The notes beneath the pieces were generated by a model, which saw only the letters and a list, made by a program, of their open reading frames with translations, did not search any database and was not told the DNA's origin. From an uncultured Thermococci archaeon (GTDB lineage: Archaea; CAYQAE01; CAYVLA01), in contig CAZJVP010000079.1 of assembly GCA_964549615.1 (NCBI GenBank), positions 1-48,926 of the forward strand: a DNA stretch of 48,926 bases, read 5' to 3'. Made by a program: the position numbers and the translations under genes. Below are positions 39,122 to 47,310 of this stretch, piece after piece (the stretch's first letter is position 1; each line of letters starts with the position of its first letter).

Positions 39122-40357
39122 TCACCTCGTAGCATCTCCCATGGCTCTGAGCCTCGTCTCTCCTACCTCCTTGTACAGCCTCCTCTTCACCATCAGCGTC
39201 CAGACGAGGGCTCCCGCAAGCATGCTGGTGCCCGAGACGACGAACCACTCTATCAGGAAGATCCATGCGAGCGCCCTGTCCTTGGCCCGTATGGCTTCTT
39301 GGACGACCTTGTCCAGCTCGGCTATGGCCGTTTCCATCTCTAGGGCCGCCCCCTCATAGTCCTGTTCGATGAAAAGCCTGTCGGCACGCGCCCTCTGCTC
39401 GGCCAACTCCAGTAGCTTCATCTCCACCGGCCTTATGTTCGCGCCGAACTTGTCTGCAAACTCGATCGTAGAGGTCGCATAGAGCCGGCCGTAGTAGTAG
39501 TCGCCGATCATCCCCCGGATCCGGTGGACCAGATTGAGATCGGCCGGAATCGGGACCCTGGCCGTGAAGTAGATGACGTGGGCCGTCACATCGGTGCAGT
39601 ATCTCCATCTCCAGAATTCGGGGTTTCCGACCCACCTGTGGATCCAGGCGACCGACCGACCGTTCCCCGCGGGGTAGTCCCAGTATACCATCTGCTTCTT
39701 GCCCCTGTTTATGTAGACCTCTTCCGACATCCTCGTGACGACGGTCGAGCCCAGCCTTGGCCAGGGCCGATTTGCAGCTTCGATCCAGACCTCGTTCCAA
39801 GGGATGTTGTTGGTGAACTCGTGGTTGGGTATCTCGGGGATTATGTGAAAGGCGTGTTGTGAACCGTAGGGGGAGCCTCCCACCGGCTTGTCGTCAACCG
39901 GCAGTATCTCCCCAACCGGATACAGGTACCAAGAGGTGTGGCTGCCGCTCGTTGCGAACGATGATGAGTCATCAGCCATGACGAAGCTCATGCCCTTCGT
40001 CGTCACCCCCTCCACTAGCCAGTACTGGAAGTCAGTCCTCAGGTGGGAGGCATCCATGCCGTCGATGAGTACCACGTCGTAGTTGGCGAAGAACCGCTCC
40101 TTCGACCTGGGAAGGTAGAGCCTAAGTGCTCTGAACGCCTCGGCGCCCATGGACCATGCGTGCGCCGGGACCGGGATCCAGTTGATCTTCGGATCTTGGA
40201 CGAAGACAGGACCGGGCGCGTTCGCCTGGTACCATGCCTTGCCTATGTGTAATAGGCGTATGACTTTCGTCTCAGGGTCGACCCTTGGCTCGGACGAGAC
40301 CGTCCCAAGCTGCAGGGCGAGAGATAGTATCAGGAGAGCCGAGCCAAGTCGCCTCAT
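39122..40357 (-). CDS. Uncharacterised membrane-anchored protein, paralogue C
   Basis: MRRLGSALL signal peptide; RVDPETKVIR, RLYLPRS, DKFGANI, WIFLIEW...LMVKRRLYKEV. Confidence 0.8.
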   Translation of the reverse strand: MRRLGSALLILSLALQLGTVSSEPRVDPETKVIRLLHIGKAWYQANAPGPVFVQDPKINWIPVPAHAWSMGAEAFRALRLYLPRSKERFFANYDVVLIDGMDASHLRTDFQYWLVEGVTTKGMSFVMADDSSSFATSGSHTSWYLYPVGEILPVDDKPVGGSPYGSQHAFHIIPEIPNHEFTNNIPWNEVWIEAANRPWPRLGSTVVTRMSEEVYINRGKKQMVYWDYPAGNGRSVAWIHRWVGNPEFWRWRYCTDVTAHVIYFTARVPIPADLNLVHRIRGMIGDYYYGRLYATSTIEFADKFGANIRPVEMKLLELAEQRARADRLFIEQDYEGAALEMETAIAELDKVVQEAIRAKDRALAWIFLIEWFVVSGTSMLAGALVWTLMVKRRLYKEVGETRLRAMGDATR

Positions 40358-40658
40358 GCCATTAGTCCCATGCGTTGCGTCAAAAAAAACCTTTTGTTTA
40401 CCAACCAACCATCCGGTACCAACCCCGGGCAACGACACCGCCGGGTCAGGCTGGGCTGCTGACTACCAGACTGAACCTGGGGCTGCTGATCGAGTCTCCT
40501 GGCAAACGGAGAACGATCTACGTCAGTCGAAGCGCCCGATGCAACCATCGCATCGGAACCTCGTTTGCTGGCTTCGCCGAACGAAGCCGATCATCGGATC
40601 GCAGTTCATCTCGGTGAGGATGGTCGAGTATCGTGTCGTGTTCTCGTGACGTCGTGAA

Positions 40659-40671
40659 TGGGCCCGCAGGG
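40659..40671. repeat. 13-bp direct repeat of the tRNA-Ile 3' end (TGGGCCCGCAGGG; partner at 44442-44454), att-like
   Basis: Exact match, same orientation, 3.8 kb downstream of the tRNA. Confidence 0.4.
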
Positions 40672-40803
40672 GCCCGGTCCCTACAGGGAGCGAATTGATA
40701 CCTGGCGTGCCTACGATACGATTTTCGCGTCTAACACTTCACGCCCAGAGGAGTTGAAGGGTGCATCCGCATAATCAGCCTACACCACGCGCGCATGCAT
40801 GTT

Positions 40804-41553
40804 CTATCGAGCTAGCTTCACGGCGGTGACCACGCCGGAGCCGACTAGCCCAATCGCACATGAGGTGGCGATCAGGAAGCCCATCCCTGGGCTTTCGAAC
40901 GTCGCCGCAAAACCTAATGCTCCATTAACGCGCAAACTGATCCACCAAGTTCTGTGTGCATATACTGATGCGAGCGGACCGATAATACACATACCGCCTA
41001 ACAAGAACAGGAATGCTGTCATGACATTCGTTCTTTCACTCTTGAGGAGGGTGAGGAGAGGAATGTGCAGAGTTCCGGTTATGGCTCCTACAAACACAAG
41101 GAGTATTACATCGCCAGCCATACTGTTTGTACCCATCATAAGGCCGACCCCCGTCAACGCATGATACTGCCCGACATCAAATGAGCCCCCGCGAGTTTCC
41201 ATAAGGGGTTCAACCCTTTCAGCAATTACCCAAGGCAAGAAGGTCGAAACAAGAGCCAGAACGCCCGTTGCGACCCCGACGACTACGGTAACCATTGAGA
41301 ACGGTTTCCTCAACTCGGCCACTGCCAAACGCTTTCCCACTCCCGAGAGGATTCCACGAACGAGAAACACAAGAGATAGAATCCAGAGAGCGAGGCCGAA
41401 GGGTAGGTAGGCACGCATAAGATCATACTGCTCGGCGGCATCGGGGTCGTAGGTTATCCGAACAGGCACTTCCATTGTAGCAAGATAGGTGCCCAACGCC
41501 AACAGAAACGCACTTAAGCAAACCAAGATGCTTGGGAACTTCGACCCCTGCAT
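40804..41553 (-). CDS. Hypothetical multi-pass membrane protein
   Basis: About six hydrophobic segments, STFLPW motif; ATG 41553 with GATTAATAT about 30 nt upstream; visibly AT-richer than its neighbours. Confidence 0.65.
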   Translation of the reverse strand: MQGSKFPSILVCLSAFLLALGTYLATMEVPVRITYDPDAAEQYDLMRAYLPFGLALWILSLVFLVRGILSGVGKRLAVAELRKPFSMVTVVVGVATGVLALVSTFLPWVIAERVEPLMETRGGSFDVGQYHALTGVGLMMGTNSMAGDVILLVFVGAITGTLHIPLLTLLKSERTNVMTAFLFLLGGMCIIGPLASVYAHRTWWISLRVNGALGFAATFESPGMGFLIATSCAIGLVGSGVVTAVKLAR

Positions 41554-42338
41554 TTTTACGAAATGAATAGAACATGAACGGATATTAATCTTCAGGGCGA
41601 CTTCCCCGGTTCCATCGTCCCGAATACACGCCAATCTTGTCAGGGATCTTCTCCCCGAAGGGCCACAGCGTGTAGTCTAAGGCTTCAACCTCGACGGCTT
41701 GGGGCTCTCTTAGGAGCTGGCTTGGTAGCAATCTGGAGGTTAGGATCTGCGGGGAGTAATTCCGGGGGACAACGGCAAATCGAATAACGTGAAGTAGACG
41801 TCATCGTCATCTTCGTCTATTCGCCTATCTGTTTGGCGGGGCGGCCTATCCCCAGACTATGTCCTCATCACAACATAAGAGCGGGTACCTCCCGACCCCG
41901 GAACGGCATATCGTCACCGAAAGCATCAACATGAACAAGCTGTGTACGGTGCTGGCTCGGCGTCGCCACCATCTCCGCTTTGTCTGAACAACCTCCAACA
42001 TGGACTGGGAGAGTTGGAACCGTGGCTTGATGAAAGCAAGTGCCGGTACTACTACAATCAAATCAAGGGACGGAGTTCCAAACTACGAGTAGTGCTGGGA
42101 AAACCAGTTTATAGCCTTGTTCTGAGCAGAGAGATACCCATTGCGAGAAAGGAGAGGCGAATAAGCATCTCCAAAGAGGGGATATTGCACTTGCTAGACC
42201 CTGCCCCCCTTAACAAAGATGGGATAATGCGGTCAGGTTGGCTTATGGCAGTGTGTCCACGTGGTGGTCTCTTATCGTTACAGTGCAATCGTCAGGGAAC
42301 TGGACGCAAGCACCACACCCTCGCATTGGGGAAAGGCG

Positions 42339-43841
42339 CTACCCCTCGTAGGGAGGCCTTGCTGCCATAGTCACCGCAATCGACACGATCTCTCCGGATC
42401 TCCACACGGTCAGGTTCACGCGTTGACCGCAGGAGACGTATTCCTCCACATACGCGGCCCAGTCCTCGAAGGCTAGCGTCGCGTAGCCATCAACGGCCAG
42501 TATGATGTCCTCCGCCGTGTAGGTCGTTGAACCATCGGGGGATCGACCACGGGTGGCTGCGCGCAGTCCGGCCTGCGCTGCAGGCGAGTCAGGGACCACA
42601 TCTATGACAAGAAGGCCGGTCTGGAAGGGATCGATGTTAATGATGTTGTACGATCTTATCGTCTCAGGAGAAAGTTCGATCAGGGAGACGCCGATGTATG
42701 GGTGAAGGTACTCGCCCTTCTCCACCAGCGATGTCGCCACCCGCTTCACGATGTTGGAGGGCACTGCGAAGTTTATCCCGTAAGCGGTACCTGCATTGGT
42801 TATACCCACGACTTTGCCTGCAAGATCCAACAAGGGCCCTCCCGAACTCCCAGGTGCAATCGCTATGTCGAGCTGCAAGACGGGGACGATGATGGGCGGA
42901 AGGTCCAGGCGCTTCTTCACCTGGCTTATGTAGCCCGAGGAGAGGCTTGTGGCGAGCCCGAGTGGGTTTCCAATAGCGACCACCTGTTGGCCAACCCAAA
43001 GTCCCGAGGAGTTGCCAAGCCGAAGGGACCCCGCCTCGGGCGGGACGGCTGGAACCCTTATCACGGCCACGTCCGAGTAAGGATCAACCCCCACAAGCAT
43101 AGCAGCAGCCCTGGACCTATCGTAGAACTGCACTTGGATCTCGGTCGCGCCGGCCACCACGTGCCAGTTGGTGAGGATGAGGTTGGAGTCGTACAGGAAT
43201 CCGGATCCCTGCCCCAACGAGGTCCTGATCATGACAACGGATCGATGCGCGTATTCATAGACCCTGGCAGGGGTCTGGTTCAGCAGCTGCTCGTAGGCCT
43301 GCCTTACTTCTGCCACATCCAGAGCAAGCACCGTGACGGCGGAGTTAAGCGCCTCTATGTCGCGCCTGATCTGAACGGTTTCTGCCGACCCCTGAACCGC
43401 ATCAAGCCTGATGGTCAAATTCCTTACGCCAGCCTCAAGCATGGCGAGGTTGCCTTCTAGCTTGAGGGTCGCATTGACAAGCCTCTCGAATTCTTCCATC
43501 GGCAAACCATCGTATGCCAGCCCTGCCCGAAGATTGGAGACGTTGGCGGCCAGTCTTACGAGATCCGATGCCAGCGTTTCCAGCGCCTTCGTGATCTGAG
43601 CGGTGCTACCCGACGCGGATTCGTTGGCAACCTTCAGCTCTTGAGCGAAACTGCTCAAAGCTGACTCAAGCGAATCCAGCCTTTCGGCGATCTGGGCCGT
43701 CGCGTTCCTTAGTTGGGCGAGCTCCTCATGCCTTGCCCACGAGGCGTGCAAATAGAGGCTGCCTACGGCCACGCAAACCGCGGAGGCAAGGCAAAGCACC
43801 ATGACCGCAATAGTTACACGGCGAGACACGCGTTCATCCAT
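42339..43841 (-). CDS. HtrA/DegP-like serine protease with N-terminal TM, long helical stalk and PDZ domain
   Basis: GSGF, TNWHVV (His), SDVAVI (Asp), AIGNPLG, PGSSGGPL (Ser), PDSPAAQAGL (PDZ). Confidence 0.9.
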   Translation of the reverse strand: MDERVSRRVTIAVMVLCLASAVCVAVGSLYLHASWARHEELAQLRNATAQIAERLDSLESALSSFAQELKVANESASGSTAQITKALETLASDLVRLAANVSNLRAGLAYDGLPMEEFERLVNATLKLEGNLAMLEAGVRNLTIRLDAVQGSAETVQIRRDIEALNSAVTVLALDVAEVRQAYEQLLNQTPARVYEYAHRSVVMIRTSLGQGSGFLYDSNLILTNWHVVAGATEIQVQFYDRSRAAAMLVGVDPYSDVAVIRVPAVPPEAGSLRLGNSSGLWVGQQVVAIGNPLGLATSLSSGYISQVKKRLDLPPIIVPVLQLDIAIAPGSSGGPLLDLAGKVVGITNAGTAYGINFAVPSNIVKRVATSLVEKGEYLHPYIGVSLIELSPETIRSYNIINIDPFQTGLLVIDVVPDSPAAQAGLRAATRGRSPDGSTTYTAEDIILAVDGYATLAFEDWAAYVEEYVSCGQRVNLTVWRSGEIVSIAVTMAARPPYEG

Positions 43842-44438
43842 CGATGGGAACCTCTGACCTGGGATATTAATTTTCAGGCAGGGGGCGTATCCCTGGGTGG
43901 ATCTTCTACTTGTCTTTGGCCCTGAGTTGTCCCTTGGCCTGTGGGCTGGAGGATGGAAGGATCGGTGCTTTACGTTGGATGTGCTGCCTGCTCAGGGAGG
44001 GACCAGGAGAACGAGACATCCGAATGGGCTGGGGAGATCAAGGAGATCTTGGCAGGGGTCGGCAACGACAAGGACAAGCATACGTCCAGCTGGGGCGTAG
44101 GGGGTCTGGAAGGCAAGGCCCGACGATAGTGCAACCATCACCCAGTCCATATCCCCACGGCCAGCTCCCTACAGGTGGCGGAGGCCCCGCTGGCTCATCT
44201 GCAGGTTCCTCACCAAGCTTCGCACAAGTTCGTGGCAGCTGCGGAGGCCGCGGAAGAAGGTAGAGATCCCGAGATAGGAAATTCATGGTAGGAGCTTGGA
44301 AATAGAGCTATGGACTTCACAGAAGAGAAGGCTTGGAAGAAGGGTACTACCGGGAGCACAGAAGACCTACCCACGATAAACTGTAGAGAACCAAAGAAGT
44401 TGACTCCGGCCATCTAGGTTGAACACACTCGCTGTAGG

Positions 44439-44537
44439 TGGTGGGCCCGCAGGGATTCGGACCCTGGACCAGTCCCCCGACGCAAGTGCGTCGTCCAGGT
44501 TATGAGCCTGGCGCTCTACCAGCTAAGCTACGGGCCC
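44439..44537 (-). tRNA. tRNA-Ile2(CAT) with 23-nt non-canonical intron at 43/44 (44472-44494); CCA encoded
   Basis: Acceptor GGGCCCG/CGGGCCC-A-CCA, anticodon arm CCAGG-CTCATAA-CCTGG, T arm CAGGG-TCCGAAT-CCCTG. Ile2 rather than Met is inferred from the acceptor stem and the tandem position after tRNA-Asn. Confidence 0.82.
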
Positions 44538-44546
44538 TCCTTTAGA

Positions 44547-44740
44547 TGGCGCCGCCGGCCTAGCCCCGCCGAGACAATGCTCGTGCGGTAGGGCTCGAAC
44601 CTGCTTGTGGCGCAAACAGGCAGCCCTGTTTGCGTGACCACATGGTTTCCGCTTGATGGCCGAACCGGACACCAAGTAACAGCCATGCGCTCCAGGCGGG
44701 CTCCGAACCGGAACCCCTCTACCAACTGAGCTACGGCGGC
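44547..44740 (-). tRNA. tRNA-Asn(GTT) with four introns: 22/23 (44692-44718), 37/38 (44647-44676), 48/49 (44605-44635), 63/64 (44560-44589); CCA encoded
   Basis: Removing 27+30+31+30 nt from 194 nt gives a fully paired 76-nt cloverleaf GCCGCCG TA GCTC AGTTGGTA GAGC G CATGG CTGTTAA CCATG TGGTC GCAGG TTCGAGC CCTGC CGGCGGC G CCA; each junction forms a BHB-type motif. Confidence 0.93.
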
Positions 44741-44772
44741 ACCACGCGATCCAGCCTAACCCGGCGAGTCAG

Positions 44773-44780
44773 TTAAATAT
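44773..44780 (-). promoter_or_regulatory. TATA box (ATATTTAA) of the tRNA-Asn/tRNA-Ile2 pair
   Basis: 32 nt upstream of the tRNA-Asn 5' end, preceded by BRE-like GGGGAAA. Confidence 0.65.
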
Positions 44781-44989
44781 TTTCCCCGAGGCTTAGCCCG
44801 AGCGGGATCGTCGTCAGAAACGCTTTCACGGGAGGCCACCGGCATCCGGAAGGCCGCCCGCAACAACCAAGGCAACCACCCGAGCCTCCAGCCCGCCTCG
44901 AATGCTGTGGTTCGGCCGGCAGCCTGTCCGCAAGCGATGCCGAAGCGCTGCTCGGCCGTCGCCGCCTCCTTCAGTTGGACCGCGATCGT

Positions 44990-45751
44990 TCACGCTGGTT
45001 GGCGGGTCGCTGCTTTCGTGGGTCTATGGCCTTTTCCGAGAGCGGAGACTATGGGACGTCTGCCGACCCAGTTCGACTTTAACGCTTGGGCCAACTCCAC
45101 CATCACGCGATAGGGGTCCGAGGCCCTGATGATCGCGCTCGCCGCGCCAACACCCTCCATTCCAAGCCGCAGCGCAGCAGAAACATCTTTGGCCGTTGCT
45201 ATGCCCGCCCCGCATGCCACACGGATCTCGGGTTTCACGGCTTTCGCGGCCTGCAGCGAGGCTGTTATGATCTCCGGCCTAGCGTTGGATATTGCGCGTC
45301 CGCTGCCGATGAGGTCGGGATGTTCGACCAAGATCATGTCGGGATTGAATCGCGAGACCGTGGCACACAACTCTGGGCTGTCCGTGCATACGCACGAAAG
45401 TAGCCCGACCTCCTTAGCCCTGCGCACGGCCGCCTCTATCTGGCCGGCTTGTAGCCTCTTCTCGGCGTGGTTGATGAGCGTCCCCACAGCCCCTGCCTCC
45501 TTCACCGCCTCCGGCAGGACATGTCCCGTGTGGCTTCCGGGTTTGATGGGGTCGATGTGTTGGGCGAACACCGGTATGCCGACCTCCTTTGATATGGCCG
45601 CGATATCGGTGAACTGTGGGATGAGAACTATGCTGATTCCGGTCTTCGCACTGGCTCTCTTGGCCAGAACGGCAAGCCTCAGCGCGTTTCTGCCCGTGCC
45701 CTCGAGGTATGCCTTAAGCCCAACCAGCAGAAAGGGCAGGCGGATGGCCAT
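44990..45751 (-). CDS. tpiA: Triosephosphate isomerase, archaeal type, divergent
   Basis: LKAY, FAQHID, GSHTG, INHAE (His), VEHPDLIGSG (Glu), CGAGI. Confidence 0.85.
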   Translation of the reverse strand: MAIRLPFLLVGLKAYLEGTGRNALRLAVLAKRASAKTGISIVLIPQFTDIAAISKEVGIPVFAQHIDPIKPGSHTGHVLPEAVKEAGAVGTLINHAEKRLQAGQIEAAVRRAKEVGLLSCVCTDSPELCATVSRFNPDMILVEHPDLIGSGRAISNARPEIITASLQAAKAVKPEIRVACGAGIATAKDVSAALRLGMEGVGAASAIIRASDPYRVMVELAQALKSNWVGRRPIVSALGKGHRPTKAATRQPA

Positions 45752-45912
45752 TCGCGATGCCGTCCTCATTGACGTGCCACAACACCAAACGGTGGGCGGG
45801 AGTTTAACGCTTTTTCCGTCCGTGCAAGTTGCGTGCAAAGACCGGGCCCCGTCCGGCGACCCGCATCAGTTTTATTCGCCGCGTCTGAGCCGAGGGCTTC
45901 GTCAGGGAGAAA

Positions 45913-47100
45913 TTGACGATCCTTGCGCGCGACCGGAAGCTGTTCCTCGCTCTTCTTTTCAACTTCGGTATTTTCGGCACCACCGTGGCGATCATAGGCG
46001 CAGCCGTTCCGAAGGTGATAAGCCAGTTTGAATGGAGCTATCTGTCCACGGGGATGGTCGTCTCGGCTTCGTCCGTGGGATACTTCGCATCCTCGTTCAT
46101 CTCGGGCCTCCTGATCCACAGGCTTGGGGCCAAGAGGGTTCTGCTTCTTGGGCTTTTCTTGCAGGCGTGCGGCCTCGCCTGCTTCGGTGCCTCCCCAAGC
46201 GTGGTCGTCAATCTGGCAGCGGCCCTGATGATGGGCCTGGGGCAAGGCGGCACCGAGGTTGTGACGAACTTCTGCGTCGTGCGGATGGAGACACCGGGGC
46301 AGAGCAGGTTGATGAACTTGATGCACGCTGCGTTCCCGGTCGGCGCAATAGCGGGGCCCATCATGATCGGCGGGCTCATCGCGGCGGGCCGGAGTTGGCA
46401 GTGGGTATTCAGGGGAATGTCGGTTGCATGTCTGGCGATGGCCGGGGGATTCGCGGTCTTATCATTCGGGGGCATGAACGCGACCGGGCAGGAGCGGGGG
46501 TCCGCCCGGATGCCAAGCCTCCTGCAAAGCCCACTGCTCGTGTTCCTCGCGCTGACCATATTCCTCTACGTGGGTTCAGAGATCGGCGTGTCGGCCTGGA
46601 TCGGCGAGTACTACGTCAAGGTCCTCGGCACTTCGGCGTCCACCGGGGCATACATGGTATCGGTTTTCTGGGCGGGAATCTTGGTCGGGCGCCTTCTGGT
46701 CTCCATGGCCTACAGAAGCTCGCGGCAGGCCGAGCTTCTGCTCTCCGTGTGTGCGCTTTCGGTCCTATCACTCGCGGGGTCCCTGTCGATTGGATCGCCG
46801 TTGCCGGCGGGTCTGGGTTTTCTTACATGCGGGCTATTGTTCTCCGCCATATACCCGGTGGTCATGTCTTTGACCGGGCAGCACTTTGAGGGTGCCCAGG
46901 GCATGGCCATAGGGATCGTGTCCACCGCAGGAGGGGTCGGCTCCTTCGTATCGCCGTTCGCCATGGCCGCGGTAGCCAACACCTACGGGATCCAGACGGG
47001 GTTTATCTTCTATGTCGCCACGGCGCTTGGAATGGCCGCGACGGCGGTCGGGGTCCTTTACCTTGTGCGGAAAGATGGAGGCCCGGGCGGCCAAGGCTAG
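45913..47100 (+). CDS. MFS transporter (FucP/TsgA-like)
   Basis: 12 TM pattern, GLLIHRLGAK (motif A-like), MNLMHAAFPVG, FLYVGSE, GILVGR. Confidence 0.85.
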   Translation: MTILARDRKLFLALLFNFGIFGTTVAIIGAAVPKVISQFEWSYLSTGMVVSASSVGYFASSFISGLLIHRLGAKRVLLLGLFLQACGLACFGASPSVVVNLAAALMMGLGQGGTEVVTNFCVVRMETPGQSRLMNLMHAAFPVGAIAGPIMIGGLIAAGRSWQWVFRGMSVACLAMAGGFAVLSFGGMNATGQERGSARMPSLLQSPLLVFLALTIFLYVGSEIGVSAWIGEYYVKVLGTSASTGAYMVSVFWAGILVGRLLVSMAYRSSRQAELLLSVCALSVLSLAGSLSIGSPLPAGLGFLTCGLLFSAIYPVVMSLTGQHFEGAQGMAIGIVSTAGGVGSFVSPFAMAAVANTYGIQTGFIFYVATALGMAATAVGVLYLVRKDGGPGGQG

Positions 47101-47310
47101 GATCCAAAGATGGGCATGAATGGCAGGTGGGCTGAGGCCCATAATCGGCCTGGGTTATCGGCCTGGGCGCACTCATGTTTTCGGCCGGAGAGAGTGCAGG
47201 CGGAATGTCCGGCTTGCATGGGCAAATGGACGCGTTGGCCTGACGATGACCGCGGCGGTCCGCGGGCTTGAACAAGGCAGGCGGCCCACCGGAGGCAATG
47301 GGCCGGTGGG

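Noticed and set aside
41942-42370. 142-aa ORF in the AT-richer spacer
   Set aside because: No recognisable motif or RBS and it overlaps the htrA end; treated as degraded sequence
44439-44537. Alternative reading as tRNA-Met, or as a tRNA with a long variable arm
   Set aside because: The acceptor stem and the Asn-linked position fit Ile2, and the extra 23 nt have BHB-type junctions; elongator Met is not formally excluded
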